Positions 53,537 through 64,000 of a DNA stretch of 64,000 bases are shown here, piece by piece (the first letter of the stretch is position 1; each line of letters starts with the position of its first letter). A program made the translations under genes and the position numbers. The stretch is taken from assembly GCF_001194135.2 (NCBI RefSeq), contig NC_068990.1, positions 54,171,109-54,235,108 of the forward strand. Direction: 5' to 3'. The notes under the pieces are model-generated. The model ran no database searches and was not told the origin of the DNA. It worked only from the letters and a program-made list of their open reading frames with translations. This DNA is from Octopus bimaculoides (Eukaryota).

Positions 53537-55726
53537 GTAACGTCAAGTGTGGGGAGATAAAAGGATTGGTCTGAATGTGGTTATTCGTGCGGCATCTGTC
53601 ACATTTCGCAACCACTTTCTTAACGTTTCTCCTAGTGACGTCAGCATCAACCATTTTCGCCAGATACAGGGTCCTATCCACACCCAAGTGGTGCATAGCA
53701 TGCAGCTCCTTCAGTTCGGAGTCACCCAGCCGACATGCTGCCGCTATCCCTTTCCTTGCTTCCTCCGGTTCCTCCAGCCATGCCCTTTTCACCCTGGTCA
53801 GTGCGTCCGCCCTGTTTCTTTCCGAAGGCACGAAAACCACGTTCAGCTTCAGTCCAAACTCGGCGATCAGCTCTCCCAGAACTCCTAGGTGGCGTTTCAC
53901 CAACATCTCCGCGGCACCTTTCGTCCGGACTCTCTTCTCGCTGGTAATTACTGTTCCTACCCAGCCGACCACGGTGGCCGAATCCGTCCGGATCTCGATC
54001 GAGCGCAGTCCCCATCTCAGGGCCAAGTTCACCCCTTTCAGCACCGCATCTAGTTCGGCGACATTGATGTGGTTGAAGTCGTCTGCTTTCCGTAGCCAGG
54101 CCACATCCTTCACCTCAGCACCTTTGATCTCCAACACAACCCCTATCGCTATACTTCTAGCATCACACCAAACCGTCCTGCACTCCGTCTTGGGCACATA
54201 CCAGTTTCCTCTAACCGGGTCTTCCGCTCTCGTTCTCTCAAGGATTTCCCGCATCATCGCTACCTTGTCACTCCAACTCTCCCCCTCTGCTCGTCTCTTG
54301 ATGTAACTACATGCAATGCACAACCAACGAGCGATTGGATAGTGTCCGATCAACTTCCCACAAACCGAGAACAACTCTTTCCTGCTGACGCTGGAACTCA
54401 GCTCTGGGATCTCGTTTCCTCTCCGGAACACCAGCTCGCCCGATCTGTCTTTTTGTAGCTACAGCCCCAGCGCAGCTCCCCCCACCATCGACTCAGGCGG
54501 CTTCGCAATCAGCCCGAACCTCTCCAGGTGGCCTTCCTTATCCTCTCCTCTTTCCCTANNNNNNNNNNNNNNNNNNNNNNNNNNNNNNNNNNNNNNNNNN
54601 NNNNNNNNNNNNNNNNNNNNNNNNNNNNNNNNNNNNNNNNNNNNNNNNNNNNNNNNNNNNNNNNNNNNNNNNNNNNNNNNNNNNNNNNNNNNNNNNNNNN
54701 NNNNNNNNNNNNNNNNNNNNNNNNNNNNNNNNNNNNNNNNNNNNNNNNNNNNNNNNNNNNNNNNNNNNNNNNNNNNNNNNNNNNNNNNNNNNNNNNNNNN
54801 NNNNNNNNNNNNNNNNNNNNNNNNNNNNNNNNNNNNNNNNNNNNNNNNNNNNNNNNNNNNNNNNNNNNNNNNNNNNNNNNNNNNNNNNNNNNNNNNNNNN
54901 NNNNNNNNNNNNNNNNNNNNNNNNNNNNNNNNNNNNNNNNNNNNNNNNNNNNNNNNNNNNNNNNNNNNNNNNNNNNNNNNNNNNNNNNNNNNNNNNNNNN
55001 NNNNNNNNNNNNNNNNNNNNNNNNNNNNNNNNNNNNNNNNNNNNNNNNNNNNNNNNNNNNNNNNNNNNNNNNNNNNNNNNNNNNNNNNNNNNNNNNNNNN
55101 NNNNNNNNNNNNNNNNNNNNNNNNNNNNNNNNNNNNNNNNNNNNNNNNNNNNNNNNNNNNNNNNNNNNNNNNNNNNNNNNNNNNNNNNNNNNNNNNNNNN
55201 NNNNNNNNNNNNNNNNNNNNNNNNNNNNNNNNNNNNNNNNNNNNNNNNNNNNNNNNNNNNNNNNNNNNNNNNNNNNNNNNNNNNNNNNNNNNNNNNNNNN
55301 NNNNNNNNNNNNNNNNNNNNNNNNNNNNNNNNNNNNNNNNNNNNNNNNNNNNNNNNNNNNNNNNNNNNNNNNNNNNNNNNNNNNNNNNNNNNNNNNNNNN
55401 NNNNNNNNNNNNNNNNNNNNNNNNNNNNNNNNNNNNNNNNNNNNNNNNNNNNNNNNNNNNNNNNNNNNNNNNNNNNNNNNNNNNNNNNNNNNNNNNNNNN
55501 NNNNNNNNNNNNNNNNNNNNNNNNNNNNNNNNNNNNNNNNNNNGGGCGCTCCCTTCCAAGTATAGAGCCATGAGACTCGCCACATCACTTATTCCTTGCA
55601 GCTTGGCAACGAGCCTAATTTTTCGTATCCAAGCCATCACATCTCCTTCGCCATTAAAAGGCCTGATCACATCGCTGGCGATCCTAATCTTGGTGGCTGC
55701 CATCGCGGCGAATTTCTGCACGTGGG

Positions 55727-55738
55727 GCCGAAATAGCT
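55727..55738 (-). promoter_or_regulatory. Primer-binding site of element B, complementary to tRNA-Phe(GAA) nt 1-12
   Basis: Element sense AGCTATTTCGGC abuts the LTR end; the + strand reads GCCGAAATAGCT, the 5' end of metazoan tRNA-Phe as I recall it from human and Drosophila. Confidence 0.7.
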
Positions 55739-56009
55739 TGTGGTGTGTGCGTACGAGTAGATGTAATCGCCTTACCTCGGTTTTCCTTTCCTCGACTGCG
55801 AGTCTGTCTTGCGGTATCCAATCCTTGAAGCTTGCCCCGACCCAAAGTACACCAGGAATAGCAGCTGCCTCTCCCAAACCTAGACCGTTGCTTAACACCT
55901 CTTGTCCTGACCACAACCTCGTTCGAAAAGGGCACGAATCCCAATCGAGGCTCCCTCTGTCCTTTTTCCCCTTCCGGTCAGCCTCCCCAGACACTGACGT
56001 CATACCACA
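55739..56009 (-). repeat. 5' LTR of element B (271 bp)
   Basis: Perfect 6-bp terminal inverted repeat TGTGGT...ACCACA; sharp GC drop outside 56009, where an unrelated host repeat begins; CRE palindrome TGACGTCA at 55995-56002. Confidence 0.85.
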
Positions 56010-56430
56010 CTGACATGTTTGTGTACTGAGAACTGCAACTGTTACTGTCCATATATTTGTTACGGCTGTAGCAAAACTTCATTGCCGCTGATATGGTGAA
56101 TACCACAACAGAAAAACCTCAGAATCTTTGATCCACCATATAAGATAGCCTTGCGAGGTTATCTTAAATTCTAAAAAGGAGCTGCGCGCTTCCACTTATA
56201 TCCCAATGTTATCTTAAAATGTAAGAAAGAGTTGTGCTCTCAAAAGCTGCGCTCTCTGATGCCTCACAGAAAATACACCCTGTTGCAAGAAAAAGTGTTA
56301 AACCATGTTGTTTGTATGAGTGTACAAAAGATTGTCCAAGTTGTTAAGATTCCTCCGGAGAGCTAAGTACCTTTTTAATTCGTTGTGTGTAGATGTTTGT
56401 CGTGCACAACCGGGAAAAACGGAAAAGTTC
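56010..56430. repeat. Unclassified interspersed repeat (second copy ~62645-63290) with a 10-bp-stem hairpin
   Basis: Collinear similarity between the two copies, including AAGATA(A/G)CCT-TGCG-AGGTTATCTT. Confidence 0.7.
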
Positions 56431-56726
56431 TTCGTTTCGAGCCTACACTCTTTGACAGAAAGAGATGAGAAGTAACAAATGGAGTGAAAGGAAAAGACAC
56501 GTACACAAACCAGCTCATGCATACATGTGCACACTATCTCTCTCTCTCTCACACAAATACACATGCATATACACAAACATAAATACACAGGCTTACATAC
56601 GTACAAATATATACAAACACTCACACACAATCAAGCCCACACACTAAGAAACTAATATTCACATACATCTATGTACTTATGAAAGCATGTATGAGTGTGA
56701 AATCAACTTGAAAATCATTTATTTAC

Positions 56727-59700
56727 GTAGAAAGGAATATTTCATGTACAATTTTTATTTACCTCTTCTTACTATTAGGTCCACTTAGTTACACGATTGT
56801 TTACAATGAAATATTCAGTGTGATTATATCAAGTGTGAAGTATCGTTTCTGGTTGGAACCTCCAGGTTTCCTGTCCTGAAATTGCCTGGCTAAGAGTTCA
56901 TACGGGTGCAGGAACAATACCGGACACCTTGTAACTATGTTATGGTACCAACCAGCATGTTACAGAAGGTGTTTAAGAACTCAAAGGTGCATAAAACGGC
57001 AGACCCACATAATTGTGTCCCCGAATTTGTTTCCTGATAACTTCCAGAAAAATGGGTAAACTTTTAAAGAAATTTTCTACAAATGCCTCTCAGATTGTGT
57101 CCATTAGGATTGTAGAGGAATTTAATGTGAAAAAAAAAAAAAAAAATTTCACGAAATTACACAAATATATACTAACACATATATCATTACTTGTTATACC
57201 CGATCTCTTAGGCCGCATACAATACACTACACTTAGCATCTTCTCTTCAGAATCTCGTGTGGATTCTTCTTGATTATACAATTTGTCCAATTGGATGTTC
57301 ATAAGGTGGCTGCTAGGTCCGCTAGAAATAGCATTCAAATCTCGCTCACCACATAAATGAGTTAATACAAAATACATTGGAAGATAATAGCAACGGACAT
57401 TTTTAGATTATCTACCTTAGAAAGTGCATCAAAGAAAAGAGTTTGGTTGAATTTATAATTAAAGAAGTGGGTTTTTATCTCACTGAGACACACAGTGGTT
57501 TCACGATTCTTATTTTGATTAGTTTATGTACGAGAGGTACGTGCCTCACTGTATAATTGTTGATACGGGTGGAAGTAAGGAAGAAACATCGGACAATTTA
57601 GATTAACTAAAGTTTATAGACAAAAGTAATTTCAAGAAAGCCCACAAACAAGTTTACGTGTGTCTGTGTGCGTAAATGTGTGAAAGAAAGAGAGAGAACT
57701 TGAAATTTTGAAAAAAAAATCGGGATGTGTGTCAGTATATATGTGTATGCGCGACCTCTATTTTTTTCACATTAAATTCCGATATAGTTGTAATGTACGC
57801 CATCTAAGAGGTATTTGTAGAATATTTCCTTAAAAGATATATATTTTTTCAGAAAGTTATAAGGATCCAAATGTCTGGAGAGCACGCCTGTGAAGATCCG
57901 CTCAAAATATCCCCACAAACACCAAAAACAAGGTGAAGATGACTCTGACTTCACTCTAGTCTTCAGGTGTCCGGGTGCGTCCCCCAGCGCACACATTCCC
58001 TAGCCTCTAATCACCGCGAAAGGTTGAAAGAGACTGAATATTATTTGAATCGAAGGCTTTGGAGAAAACGTTTCCGCTATTATGACGTCATAATGACAAT
58101 ATGACGAAATCTAGAATTCCCTGGACTTGACGAGAAATTCTTGAATGAATTTCACTCATAGACGCTATACACGCACGCACACCATAGTACACACACACAC
58201 ATGTACACAAATATTTACATATATAATGTATGCATTTACATTAATGTGTGTTCATGTGTTTCTGTGTGTATGTATGGTTGTGTCCGTGCGCACGCGTACA
58301 TGTGTGTGTGTGTGTGTGTGTGCATACCCGTTTGTGTATCAATATATACTGATATTCCGCCAAGGTTGACTTTGCTTTCCATCCTTTCGGGGTCGATAAG
58401 TTAAGTACTAGTTACGTACTAGGGTCGATCTAATCAACAAGGCCCTCTCCCCGAAAATTCCGGGCCTTGTGCCAAGAGTAGGAAAGAATATACCTGATAT
58501 AAATGTTATTCTTTACTACCCACAAGGGGCTACACACAGAGGGGACAAACAAGGACAGACAAACGGATTAAGTCGATTATATCGACTCCAGTGAGCAACT
58601 GGTACTTATTTAATCGACGTCGACCTCGGCGGAATTTGAACTCAGAACGTAGCGGCAGACGAAATACCGCTAAGCATTTCGCCTGGCTTGCTAACATTTC
58701 TGCCAGCTCGCCGCTTTGTTAGCATGACCGGGAAAATGTTAGGGGCATTTCGTCCTTCTTGTTCTGAGTGCTAGAAGTAGCAACCCAAATCCTTTTAAAT
58801 AACATCCCAATACTGGATGTTCAAGAACAAACTTAGGGGCAGATTTTCAATTCCGGGATTATTCTCATTCCATAAACGTATAATATGACTATTTAGAACA
58901 AATGTAGACTGAGATAGAAGAGCCGCAGACAGACAGAATTTAGCTTTTATTATAAACGAAATATCAAGAAAATATTATCAAACATAGCAGCAAACTTATG
59001 TTTTATTTAAGCACTTACCGAGTTTATAACCCTACTCTCTACATCTACCCGTGGACTATATGTTGAATATCCATTATTCGTATTCATAAGACGGTGAGCG
59101 GCAGATTGGTTAACACACCGGCGGCATTTCGTACAACTTTGCAATCTGAGTTCAAAATCAACCAAGGTCGATGGTTCTGTTGGTCCTTTTGTTCTTGATA
59201 AAATAATTGCCTGCCAAGCTTTGGGGTCAATATGGTCGACTATTCATTCCACCAAATTTCAAGCCTTGTTCCTATAGTAGAAAGGAATATTTCATGTACG
59301 ATTTTTATTTACCCATCCTAACTATCATGTCCACTTACAGTTACACGATTGTTTACAATGAAATATTCTGTATGATTATATCAAGTGTGAAGTATCGTTT
59401 CTGGTTGGAACCTCCAGGTTTCCTGTCCTGAAATTTGCCTGGCTAAGAGTTCATACGGGTGCAGGAACAATACCGGACACCTTGTAACTATGTTATGGTA
59501 CCAACCAGCATGTTACAGAGGGTGTTTAAGAACTCAAAGGTGCATAAAACGGCAGACCCACACAATTGTGTCCCCGAATTTGTTTCCTGATAACTTCAAG
59601 AAAAATGGGTATACTTTTAAAGAAATTTTCTGCAAATACCTTTCAGATTGTGTACATTAAGATTGTAGAGGAATTTAATGTGAAAAAAAAAAAAAAAAAA

Positions 59701-60765
59701 ATTTCACGAAATTACACAAATATATACTAACACATATATCATTACTTGTTGTACCCGATCTCTTAAGGCCGCATACAATACACTACACTCAGCATCTTCT
59801 CTTCAGAATCTCGTGTGGATTCTTGATTATACAATTTGTCCAACTGGATGTTCATAAGGTGGCTGCTAGGTCCGCTAGAAATAGCATTCAAATCTCGTTC
59901 ACCACATAAATGAGTTAATACAAAATACATTGGAAGATAATAGCAACGGACATTTTTAGATTATCTACCTTAGAAAGTGCATCAAAGAAAAGAGTTTGGT
60001 TGAATTTATAATTAAAGAAGTGGGTTTTGTTTATCTTACTGAGACACAGTGGTTTCACGTTTCTTATTTTGATTAGTTTATGTACCAGAGGTACGTGCCC
60101 CACTGTATAATTGTTGATACGGGTGGAAGTAAGGAAGAAACATCGGACAATTTAGATTAACTAAAGTTTATAGACAAAAGTAATTTTAAGAAAGTCCACA
60201 AACAAGTTTACGTGTGTCTGTGTGCGTAAATGTATGAAAGAAAGAGAGAGAACTTGAAATTTTGAAAAAAAAATCGGGATGTGTGTCAGTATATATGTGT
60301 ATGCGCGACCTCTATTTTTTTCACATTAAATTCCGATATAGTTGTAATGTACGCCATCTGAGAGGTATTTGTAGAATATTTCCTTAAAAGATATATATTT
60401 TTTCAGAAAGTTATAAGGATCCAAATGTCTGGAGAGCACGCCTGTGAAGGTCCGCTCAAAATATCCCCACAAACACCAAAAACAAGGTGAAGATGACTCT
60501 GACTTCACTCTAGTCTTCAGGTGTCCGGGTGCGTCCCCCGGCGCACACATTCCCTAGCCTCTAATCACCGCGAAAGGTTGAAAGAGACTGAATATCATTT
60601 GAAACGAAGGCTTTGGAGAAAACGTTTCTGCTATTATGACGTCATAATGACAATATGACGAAATCTAGAATTCCCTGGACTTGACGAGAAATTCTTGAAT
60701 GAATTTCACTCATAGACGCTACACGCGCACGCACACCATAATACACACACACATGTACACAAATA
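56727..60765 (+). repeat. Direct duplication of ~1.49 kb (56727-58212 and 59277-60765)
   Basis: Near-identical blocks offset by ~2550 bp with scattered substitutions and small indels; the ~1.06-kb spacer contains SINEs. Confidence 0.92.
58350..58700. mobile_element. Tail-to-tail pair of family-1 SINEs
   Basis: + copy core at 58350-58490; a well-preserved minus copy at ~58520-58700. Confidence 0.75.
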
Positions 60766-61027
60766 GGGTCGGTGTTTGTGTACATATTTTTGCGAGTGTG
60801 TGTATGTGTGGTGGGTGCATACCTATCTCTCGATCAGCATATACAGATATATAGGCGATGAGCTGGCTGAACCACCAGCACTACAACATGAAGATAGACA
60901 AAATTCTTAGCGGCATTTCGTCTGTCTTCTGAGTTCAAATTCCGCCGAAGTCGACTTTGCTTTTTATCCTTCTGGGTCGATGAAATAAGTAGTAGTTGAG
61001 CACTGGGATGTATATAATGGACTTACA

Positions 61028-61763
61028 GGATCTTTTTTAAAACGGGGGCCACATTTTTCATTAACGAAACACTTTGAAACTTGGAACACTGGTAGAATGT
61101 GTCATATAAAACATCTTTTTCTCTTAGTCTTCTTTAAAAAAAAAGAAATCCCTAAGTTATTCCATTCAGCCGATATACATTAAGTGCCGACTACATAAAC
61201 AAACGATTCTGAAACAATTCTATCGGTGATAGGNNNNNNNNNNNNNNNNNNNNNNNNNNNNNNNNNNNNNNNNNNNNNNNNNNNNNNNNNNNNNNNNNNN
61301 NNNNNNNNNNNNNNNNNNNNNNNNNNNNNNNNNNNNNNNNNNNNNNNNNNNNNNNNNNNNNNNNNNNNNNNNNNNNNNNNNNNNNNNNNNNNNNNNNNNN
61401 NNNNNNNNNNNNNNNNNNNNNNNNNNNNNNNNNNNNNNNNNNNNNNNNNGGGTAAAACAGCAAATTTAAAAAGAAAAAAGCAAATAAAACGAAGAAAAAA
61501 AAAGAAAACGAAAAAAGCAAATAAAACGAAGCTACGGCTTAATCAGCCAAAGGAGTAAATATAAACAACTGAATACTTGTCAGTGATTGGTTGAAATTAT
61601 CGAAATAAGACAATTTTTTACATGAAATAAATTCGAATACAAAAATATTTTTCTGTTCTATAACACAAAATAGATAAGTATACGAAGTTTGAAAGTCTTT
61701 CGGTACCAAAAACACTACGTAAAACATTAATGAAAAATGTGGCCCCCATTTTAAAAAAGATCC
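61028..61763. mobile_element. Merlin-type MITE inserted into a family-1 SINE
   Basis: ~37-bp TIRs GGATCTTTTTTAAAA(C/T)GGGGGCCACATTTTTCATTAA; flanks gacttaca/gacttact (8-bp TSD, 1 mismatch); the SINE continues on both sides; centre is an N gap. Confidence 0.72.
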
Positions 61764-63005
61764 GACTTACTCCCTCCCTCAAATTTATAGGCCTTCTGTC
61801 AAAATTTGATATCAATATATATAGACATAGTCAGTGAACTTGCAGGATGATTAGCAAGCTGGGCAAAATGCCGAACTACATTTCTTAATTCTTTACCCTC
61901 TGAGTTCAAATGCTGCCGTGGTCGACTTTGTCTTTCATCCTTTCAGGACCCATTAAATAAGTACCAGTGGAACACTGGAATCGATGTAATCGTGTTCCCC
62001 CCTCCACCGAAATTGCTGGCCTTGTGCCAAAATTTGAAACTAATATATATAGAGGTACATGTGTCTATGTGTGTAGATTATTTGTGCAAGTAAATCTCCG
62101 CTTGCTTTCGTCACCCACTAAATTCTTGGAAGTATTATGGGAGAATATTCCTCAAGCCCGTCTTCTATCAGGTCCCGTTGCAATTAACCGTCTCCAATGA
62201 TTCAGCTGGACCTTGAAAAGAGACCAACCGAGCTCATAGATGTTATCCAAACAACTTGTTCATGACCCCTGCGTTCCTGTCAGTTGTTTTGTCCGTAAAA
62301 CCTGTTCATCGATACTTTCCTGAAACATTTTTACTACATTTCCGTACTATCGGAGATGTGATCTCCCAAGACGCTCTACCAGGAACACCTCTCTGGTGTG
62401 CAGGCTACGCACTCAATAAAATAACATATCTTCAAAGGCTATTCGGAAGAACCCCATTTCAGCCGTTTGTATTCGCGATTGTATTCATTCGATTATTAGC
62501 CAAGAGGATCAGAACTGCTCCCAATTATTCTACTTCACACCACAATGGTTCACTGTCTGTGGTTATAAGATGTATTCACTGATTTGTAATCAAGAAAAAT
62601 CCTGACAATAATTGATTATGCAGCACCTCAACAAAGGACGTGGTCACATGTTGGTGTGTAGAGAACTACGGCTGTTGATGCCCATATGTCTCTTGCGGCT
62701 GTAGTGATACTTCATTGTTGCTAATATGCTGAATACCTCAAGAGAAAGAAAAAAAACTCTGACTGTTTGATTCACCATATAAGATAACCTTGCGAGGTTA
62801 TCTTCAATTATAAGGTTTTGCGCACTCCCTCTTATATTGCAAGGTTATCTTAAAATATAAGAAGGAGCTGTGTGCTCAAATGCTTCACCCTCTGGTAGCG
62901 TACACAAAATATACCCTGTGGCAAGAGAAAGTCAAACCATTCTATTTGTATGAAAGTCCAAAAGGTTGTCAAAGTTGTTGAGATCCCTCCGGAGCGCAAA
63001 CTGCC

Positions 63006-63235
63006 GGTACTACTAAAGCAGCACGGTCCCGAACGCGCAGCCAGTCGTGAGTGGTCGATCCTAACCCCAACCCTAACCCTAAACACGTATTCATTTGCAC
63101 ACGCGGGTTAGGGATAGGGTTAGGGTTAGGGATAGGGTTAGGGTTAGGATTAGGGACAAGGTCAGGGCTAGGATCAACCACTCACGACTAGCTAGCGCGG
63201 ACGCGCGCTCGGGACCGTGCTGCTTTAGAGGTACC
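63006..63235. mobile_element. 230-bp palindromic Merlin-type MITE containing (CCCTAA)n and (TTAGGG)n telomeric repeats
   Basis: Perfect 8-bp TSD AAACTGCC (62998-63005 and 63236-63243); GG...CC termini; TIR GGTAC..CTAAAGCAGCACGGTCCCGA.CGCGC; the empty site is visible in the paralogous repeat at ~56355-56370. Confidence 0.85.
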
Positions 63236-64000
63236 AAACTGCCTTTAACTCGTTGCGTGTAGATGTTTGTTGTGCATCATGTCGTGTGACCCACATGGAG
63301 AGTATGTTTTCCTTTTTACTTTCTATATGCACTACTTGGTCGCTGTAGAGAGGAAGGTAACTTGTTTCTTCTATGTCTCATGAAAGTGTAGCGAATGCTA
63401 TGTTTATTATTTGGCTGTCTAGGCTTAAATAGCTGCCAATTGGCGTATTTTGCGTGTTTTCTAGAAGTGGTCACATAACCATATCTGTTTGTGCCAAATG
63501 AATGTTTTAAGTCATCGAAATAGACCGTTTGCCACACCAAAAAATGTGTGGTCTATTTCGAGTCAACAGATGGCTATAAATAAAGAATTTCTTTTGAGAT
63601 AACCAGAGACGAGAGAATTATCACCAGAGATCTTTGATGCCATGCTTTGTGTTTACCCCTCACACATCACTATGTACAAGCTGCACTGAGAACCAATGTA
63701 TTTTCCTTAACAGAATTATTCATACCTTTGGAACACAAGCACTACTATATTCTTTTTTGCTAGTTTCGTCATGTAGTGTCTCACATTTTGAAATACTTGC
63801 AATTTGTATTTATACGGCTTCTGTTTGTTTCGCTTGTTATATTTCGGAGATACAATATATATACTTCACATTATCACATGTTCTATACATTAATGCAAAA
63901 TATATTGTGATCACAGCTGCAATGGAAAGTTCAAGACGTCTTAAGTTCGAAACTTCTTAAGGCAGTTTTGAAAGGCTATCAAGACCTAGCGCCCAGAAAA

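Larger units (their letters stand above)
49715..53590 (-). mobile_element. Element A: 5'-truncated Ty3/Gypsy LTR retrotransposon (CsRn1-like): RT-RNaseH-integrase, 3' UTR, PPT, 3' LTR
   Basis: RT (HCIETTGPPV...RLPPDRL, PCRDYRALN, MPFGLRNASQTFQR, YIDD); integrase HHCC zinc finger, [29 protein letters not shown]-like tail. Several frameshifts; gag and protease absent. Confidence 0.93.
53591..56009 (-). mobile_element. Element B: 3'-truncated LTR retrotransposon of a different lineage: 5' LTR, PBS, gag, gap, RT C-terminus, RNase H, integrase zinc finger
   Basis: gag ATG at 55703 (MAATKIRIASDVIRPFNGEGDVMAWIRKIRLVAKLQG); RNase H WCDARS..HINVAELDAV..TDSATV..NRADALTR; HHCC finger LHAMHHLG...KCDRC; in-frame TAG near 54459. 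Confidence 0.88.

Noticed and set aside
26914-55543. Long ORFs in the track made mostly of X
   Set aside because: Artefacts of reading through N gaps.
63060-63172. Ancestral telomere-telomere fusion site
   Set aside because: The orientation is CCCTAA then TTAGGG, opposite to a fusion, and it sits inside a TSD-flanked MITE.

Overview
AT-rich, gap-containing scaffold of a repeat-dense animal genome; the SINE/RTE families and (GAT)n/(AAT)n/(TA)n microsatellites suggest a cephalopod, probably Octopus (inference). One host coding exon is recognisable: a minus-strand exon (15596-15814) encoding the N-terminal half of an interferon regulatory factor (IRF1/2-like) DNA-binding domain. About 15 kb upstream on the same strand is a correctly spaced TATA+Inr (predicted TSS ~30615) followed by two ISRE/IRF-E motifs, suggesting IRF autoregulation. 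The rest is decayed mobile DNA: RTE, Tx1/L1 and NeSL/R4-type LINEs, a Penelope-like remnant with a hammerhead ribozyme motif, mariner and maT transposons, tRNA-derived SINEs, a solo LTR, two Merlin-type MITEs (one built from telomeric repeats), and a fused pair of LTR retrotransposon halves at 49.7-56.0 kb. The most unusual observation is the primer-binding site of the second LTR element: it is complementary to the first 12 nt (5' end) of tRNA-Phe rather than to a tRNA 3' end. No CRISPR, rRNA or convincing functional tRNA gene was seen. TE boundaries are approximate unless a TSD or terminal repeat is cited.
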